Below are positions 62,712 through 63,572 of a stretch of DNA of 63,572 bases, one piece after another. Numbering within the stretch: the stretch's first letter is position 1; each line of letters opens with the position of its first letter. The notes beneath the pieces are model-generated. The model was given only the letters and a program-made list of their open reading frames with translations, was not told where the DNA came from and searched no databases. The translations under genes and the position numbers were made by a program. The stretch comes from Octopus bimaculoides (Eukaryota): assembly GCF_001194135.2 (NCBI RefSeq), contig NC_068998.1:35212031-35275602 (forward strand), read 5' to 3'.

Positions 62712-63066
62712 TACTTTCTTTATTGGCCACCAGGGCCAAACACAAGACATAAAGGACGATACACAGACAAGGGGCAGTGGGGTTAAATATGTAAACAGCA
62801 AAAAAACAACAATTAAAAAGGAGATTAAATCAACAAGGTACTTCTCCAACAGGGTGGAGGGGAGTTCCACCAAGAGGTGGCCAAAGAAACCTCACATACT
62901 TTGGACCCTCTAACACTTCAGGTAGGCACCCCTCTCCTCCTCATTCCATCTGGCCTACTCACATGGGGCCTATTCACATGGGCCATTCTTGCCACATTCA
63001 CCCACCTTTCACCAAACTTCCTTAGTGACAGTATCTCCCTATCCAGCCTCATTTTCCTTTTCAGGC
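62712..63066 (-). mobile_element. Tx1/L1-clade LINE 3' end inserted in the (ATT)n tail of a SINE
   Basis: LKRKMRLDREILSLRKFGERWVNVARMA (overlaps the LKRKVR end of the 38.5-kb copy) plus a 3' UTR ending caataaagaaag. Confidence 0.7.
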
Positions 63067-63078
63067 AATAATAATAAT

Positions 63079-63298
63079 CCTTTCTACGGAAGGCACAAAG
63101 CCTGAAATTTGTGGTGAGGGGGCTAATCCTTTTGAATGTAGGCACCAGGCTTTAAATTTGAGTGAAGGGGACTCGTTGATTACATTGGACCCAGTGGTCA
63201 ATTTGTATTTATTTTATTGACCCTGAAAAGATGAATGAAAAAGTCAACTTCAGTAGAATTTGAAGTCAAAACATAAAGATGAACAAAATGCCACTAAG

Positions 63299-63301
<3 letters not shown>
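63079..63301 (-). mobile_element. Family-2 SINE, head truncated
   Basis: cctttctacggaaggcacaaagcc...aatgccactaagca. Confidence 0.8.
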
Positions 63302-63370
<69 letters not shown>

Positions 63371-63372
<2 letters not shown>

Positions 63373-63572
63373 GACAATGAATCTCTAAATGCTGGAGATG
63401 TAAGAATTTCATGTGGCATTTTCCAGGGTGACTCACTATCACCACTCCTCTTCTGTCTAGCCCTAATACCGCTCTCAAAATTGCTCAATGATGCACAGTA
63501 TGGTTATAAAATATTTGATAAAAATATAAATCATCTCATTTACATGGATGATTTAAAGCTCTTTGCAAAAAA
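63371..63572 (+). mobile_element. Dong/R4-clade LINE RT core, runs off the window
   Basis: GIFQGDSL / LLFCLALIPLSKLL...INHLIYMDDLKLFAK, directly after (AAT)n. Confidence 0.9.

Overview
AT-rich, repeat-dense eukaryotic DNA. The SINE/LINE repertoire looks like that of an octopus (coleoid cephalopod); this is inferred from repeat families and is not verified. The only host gene is five internal + strand exons of a glutamate carboxypeptidase II / NAALADase (peptidase M28B, FOLH1/NAALAD2-like): 900-996, 19882-19971, 39660-39745, 47127-47246 and 54817-54899. They splice in frame with canonical AG/GT sites and cover the end of the protease-associated domain plus the zinc-ligand and catalytic EE motifs; the gene begins and ends outside the window. 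The 7-20 kb introns hold nested, decayed transposons: a Gypsy LTR element, several mariners, two Penelope-like elements, a Helitron, Dong/R4, Tx1, RTE and CR1/L2 LINEs, two to three tRNA-SINE families, MITEs, microsatellites and 10 assembly gaps. Most notable: (1) a full-length 5S rRNA copy fused directly to the SINE/LINE 3' tail (SINE3-like element or chimera); (2) a foldback element with 15-bp-repeat TIRs that carries an antisense fragment of a second RLE LINE and sits inside an RLE LINE; (3) two SINE-LINE shared-tail pairs (CR1/L2 and Tx1); (4) inversion-type LINE insertions; (5) several fold-back palindromes. All alignments were done by eye, so TE boundaries are approximate. Nearly all ORFs in the supplied track are microsatellite noise or TE remnants.
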